From Propionibacterium freudenreichii subsp. freudenreichii (GTDB lineage: Bacteria > Actinomycetota > Actinomycetes > Propionibacteriales > Propionibacteriaceae), in NCBI RefSeq assembly GCF_000940845.1, contig NZ_CP010341.1:60001-92000 (forward strand): a stretch of 32,000 nt of DNA, in the 5' to 3' direction. Below the pieces are notes generated by a model. The model searched no databases. It saw only the letters and a list, made by a program, of their open reading frames with translations, and was not told where the DNA came from. The translations under genes were made by a program, and so were the position numbers. Shown here piece after piece: positions 30,140-32,000 of this stretch (position 1 is the stretch's first letter; each line of letters starts with the position of its first letter).

Positions 30140-30556
30140 TCAGGCGGCCTGTAGTTCCGCCAATGCGTCGACGAACTCGGCCTTGCGTGAGGGCCCGACG
30201 AAGCGATAGCGGATGGCGCCATCGGGGTCGAGCAGGAAGACGGTGGGGGTGCGGTTGATGCCGAACTCGCGCACCAGGTCGAGGCGTTCCTCGCCGTCGA
30301 TCTCCACGTGGTTCACGTCGTCACGCTGGGCGGTGAGGCCCGACAGCAACCTGCCGGTGGCCACGCACGGCGCGCACACCTTCGACGAGAACTGCACGAA
30401 GGTTGCGGTGGAACCCAGCGGTGTGCCGAGCTCGGTGGGGCCCAGGGTGGGTTCGTCGAGGGCGGCCTCACGGGCCCGGCCGTCGGTGAGCTTGCGGTAG
30501 CCGCCGAAGGCGAGCACCACGGCCACCGCGCCGATTGCTACCCATAGTCCTGTCAT
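30140..30556 (-). CDS. Membrane-anchored thioredoxin-fold protein (CxxC = CAPC)
   Basis: 138 aa from ATG 30556 (MTGLWVAIGAVAVVLAFGG, an N-terminal TM anchor). FVQFSSKVCAPCV is a thioredoxin-like active site, and RTPTVFLLDPDG contains a cis-Pro-like element. The tracked upstream extension to 30739 is junk. Confidence 0.75.
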   Translation of the reverse strand: MTGLWVAIGAVAVVLAFGGYRKLTDGRAREAALDEPTLGPTELGTPLGSTATFVQFSSKVCAPCVATGRLLSGLTAQRDDVNHVEIDGEERLDLVREFGINRTPTVFLLDPDGAIRYRFVGPSRKAEFVDALAELQAA

Positions 30557-30560
30557 GGTG

Positions 30561-31070
30561 TCATCCCGTCTGTGTGGCGTTGCCGGTGGAGGGCCGGGAG
30601 CTGCCGAAGAGGCGCTTGCCCAGCAGGTACATCTCGCACCCGAGGCAGAACCCGAACAGCGCATTGAGGCCCGCTGCCACCAGGGCGAACGCGACGGCCA
30701 CGTAGAACAGCACCGGCAGCGAGAAGACGACGCCGGCAAGTCCGGCGATGGCGAAGGCCAGTCCGACGCCCTGGGCGAAGCGGGGCGCTGCGGCGTCCTC
30801 GAATTCGCTGGCCGGTGCGATGCGCGGACGCACGACGCTGCGGAAGAACAGGCCGTAGGGCTGGCGCGAGACGCCCAGCACCGCGCCCGCCGCGAAGGCG
30901 AGCGTCTGGATGGCCAGCACGATCACGCCGGGCCACGGGCCGAGCACGAGGGCGGCGATGAGCAGCACCGAGGTGATCGCGGCGCCGAAGCGGGGCCCGC
31001 GCACGTCAACCTGCCCGGGGCCGGGCCGGACACGCCCGGTGAGGGGAGCGGAGGCAGCTGTTGCAGACAT
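30561..31070 (-). CDS. Four-helix membrane protein, DUF4395-like, with C-terminal CLGC motif
   Basis: 169 aa from ATG 31070, with GGAG 7 nt upstream. Four hydrophobic segments and a C-terminal LNALFGFCLGCEMY motif. Its stop lies 4 nt before the thioredoxin-like start. The family name is from memory. Confidence 0.7.
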   Translation of the reverse strand: MSATAASAPLTGRVRPGPGQVDVRGPRFGAAITSVLLIAALVLGPWPGVIVLAIQTLAFAAGAVLGVSRQPYGLFFRSVVRPRIAPASEFEDAAAPRFAQGVGLAFAIAGLAGVVFSLPVLFYVAVAFALVAAGLNALFGFCLGCEMYLLGKRLFGSSRPSTGNATQTG

Positions 31071-31724
31071 ATGGAAACTCCTGAAGCGGAAGGAACTGTG
31101 AAGGTGAGGGGGATTGTGAGGGGGCCGGGATCGGGGGACTGCTGGCATCGGGTCGGTCATCGTGCTGGGGCTCCCGGGTGGTGACCCCGCGGCGATCCCG
31201 CTCGGGTCTGGTGCCTCCGGGAGTCGGTCGGGGCGGGTGAATCCCTGCGCGACACCAGTTGGGGAGAACCGGTGTGGACAACCAGTTGTGTGGATCACAA
31301 GTGGGGAACCAGTGCGGGGAATCCGGTGTGAGGGCCGAGGGGTCCGTACCCGGTTCGGTAGGGGCCGGGTCCTCACGAGCGGGACCCTTCAGGAGCTGGG
31401 TGCTCCCGGGCTCTGGTCCTTCCGGAGCCGAGCGATCTCAGCGGGGTGGACGTCGCACAGGTCCGGTTGTTCCGGGTTGGTGGGTGCGTCCACGGGGATG
31501 CCAGGCGTCAACGCCGATGATTCAGCAGCGGACGGTCAGCTGGCTCAGCAACAACAGGAATGCGAAGAGTACGCAGAGCTCCGCACGGCGGCGAGGGCAA
31601 GTACCTGATGCATGTGTTGAGAGTAACACCGTGCGTTCAGTGCACCAAGGGTGATCAGCCAGCGGCTGACAGGCGCGCGAAGGGCTGCGGGTTCTTGGGG
31701 CTGCTGGTTCTTGCCGGGCGCCCA

Positions 31725-31949
31725 TGTCCACTTAGTGCTCGGTGGGGCGGGCGTCGGCCGGTCAATCTGCTTCAGGGAGGACTTTTACGTCGTCTACCCT
31801 GCAAAAGTCCTCACTGAAGCTACTTCGCGCTGCGGACGCCGGGTCCTGGCTCGTTTCGCCGCCGGTTTTCCCCCTGAGTGGGCAGTTGTGCGGTAATGAC
31901 GCCGCACAGGTGTCCACTGAGTGCTCGGTGGGGTGGGCGTCGGCCGGTC
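31725..31949. repeat. Two direct copies of a 39-nt element (37/39 identical), 186 bp apart, in non-coding DNA
   Basis: TGTCCACTTAGTGCTCGGTGGGGCGGGCGTCGGCCGGTC at 31725-31763 and TGTCCACTGAGTGCTCGGTGGGGTGGGCGTCGGCCGGTC at 31911-31949. Confidence 0.85.
31769..31820. other. Nested two-tier hairpin (7-bp + 9-bp stems, 16-nt loop); possible structured RNA or protein-binding palindrome
   Basis: GCTTCAG (31769-31775) pairs with CTGAAGC (31814-31820), and AGGACTTTT (31778-31786) pairs with AAAAGTCCT (31803-31811). Further hairpins lie at 31886-31909 (TGTGCGG/CCGCACA) and 31961-32000 (GGTGCGGAT/ATCCGCACC with inner AGCAC/GTGCT). Confidence 0.6.
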
Positions 31950-32000
31950 CACAGAAGATAGGTGCGGATAAAGCACTGTCTACGGTGCTCAATCCGCACC

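Noticed and set aside
31440-31565. Possible ydaO-type (cyclic-di-AMP) riboswitch: GGGGTGGAC, CACGGGGATGCC and GGTCAGCTGGCTCAGCAAC loosely recall conserved ydaO segments
   Set aside because: The order of the elements does not match what I remember of the consensus. The matches are short, and no downstream gene is visible in the window. I cannot support the call without a covariance-model search (cmsearch with Rfam RF00379), so it is not reported as a feature.
31162-31654. Plus-strand ORFs of 148 aa and 131 aa in the right-hand non-coding tract
   Set aside because: The translations are Gly/Arg/Ser-rich with no domain-like or hydrophobic pattern. There is no RBS, and they overlap each other in different frames. 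They are treated as non-coding.
31725-31949. Possible CRISPR array (two ~39-nt repeats)
   Set aside because: There are only two copies, spaced 186 bp apart with no intermediate degenerate repeats, and no cas genes are in the window. The spacing is inconsistent with CRISPR architecture.

Overview
Very GC-rich, actinobacterial-type sequence with frequent GTG starts, GGAGG-like RBSs and many start/stop overlaps. Almost the whole window is one cell-wall glycopolymer locus. It holds dTDP-L-rhamnose genes (rmlA; rmlB plus a fused rmlC-rmlD) and a mycobacterial-style galactofuranan module: glf-glfT2-wzm-wzt as one coupled operon, with a GlfT1-like GT2 nearby. It also holds further GT2 genes (one with two GT2 domains), a PpgS/GtrB-like GT2 with a DUF2304-like partner, a Wzx-like flippase, and four large polytopic GT-C-like membrane proteins. 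Two of those four have broken reading frames and one is cut by the window edge. Embedded in the locus, divergent from glf, is a 1344-aa secreted protein with about 18 LGFP repeats and a C-terminal GH73 glucosaminidase domain; its DNA contains nested near-identical repeats. Converging on wzt is an 802-aa fusion of a pyruvyltransferase-like domain, a GT2 domain and a coiled coil. The right end carries a DUF4395-like/thioredoxin-like pair, then about 0.9 kb with no convincing CDS but with direct repeats and nested hairpins. I saw no rRNA, tRNA, CRISPR array, transposase, integrase or recognisable defence genes. The best leads are the LGFP-GH73 protein as a candidate reader of the locus-encoded polymer, the tri-domain fusion as a candidate capping, terminating or epitope-forming enzyme, a possible O-glycosylation link between the GT39-like genes and the S/T-rich linkers, and a 21-bp tandem repeat that reiterates the last codons plus stop of a GT-C gene. 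All family calls come from motif recognition by eye; no database search, HMM or folding calculation was run.
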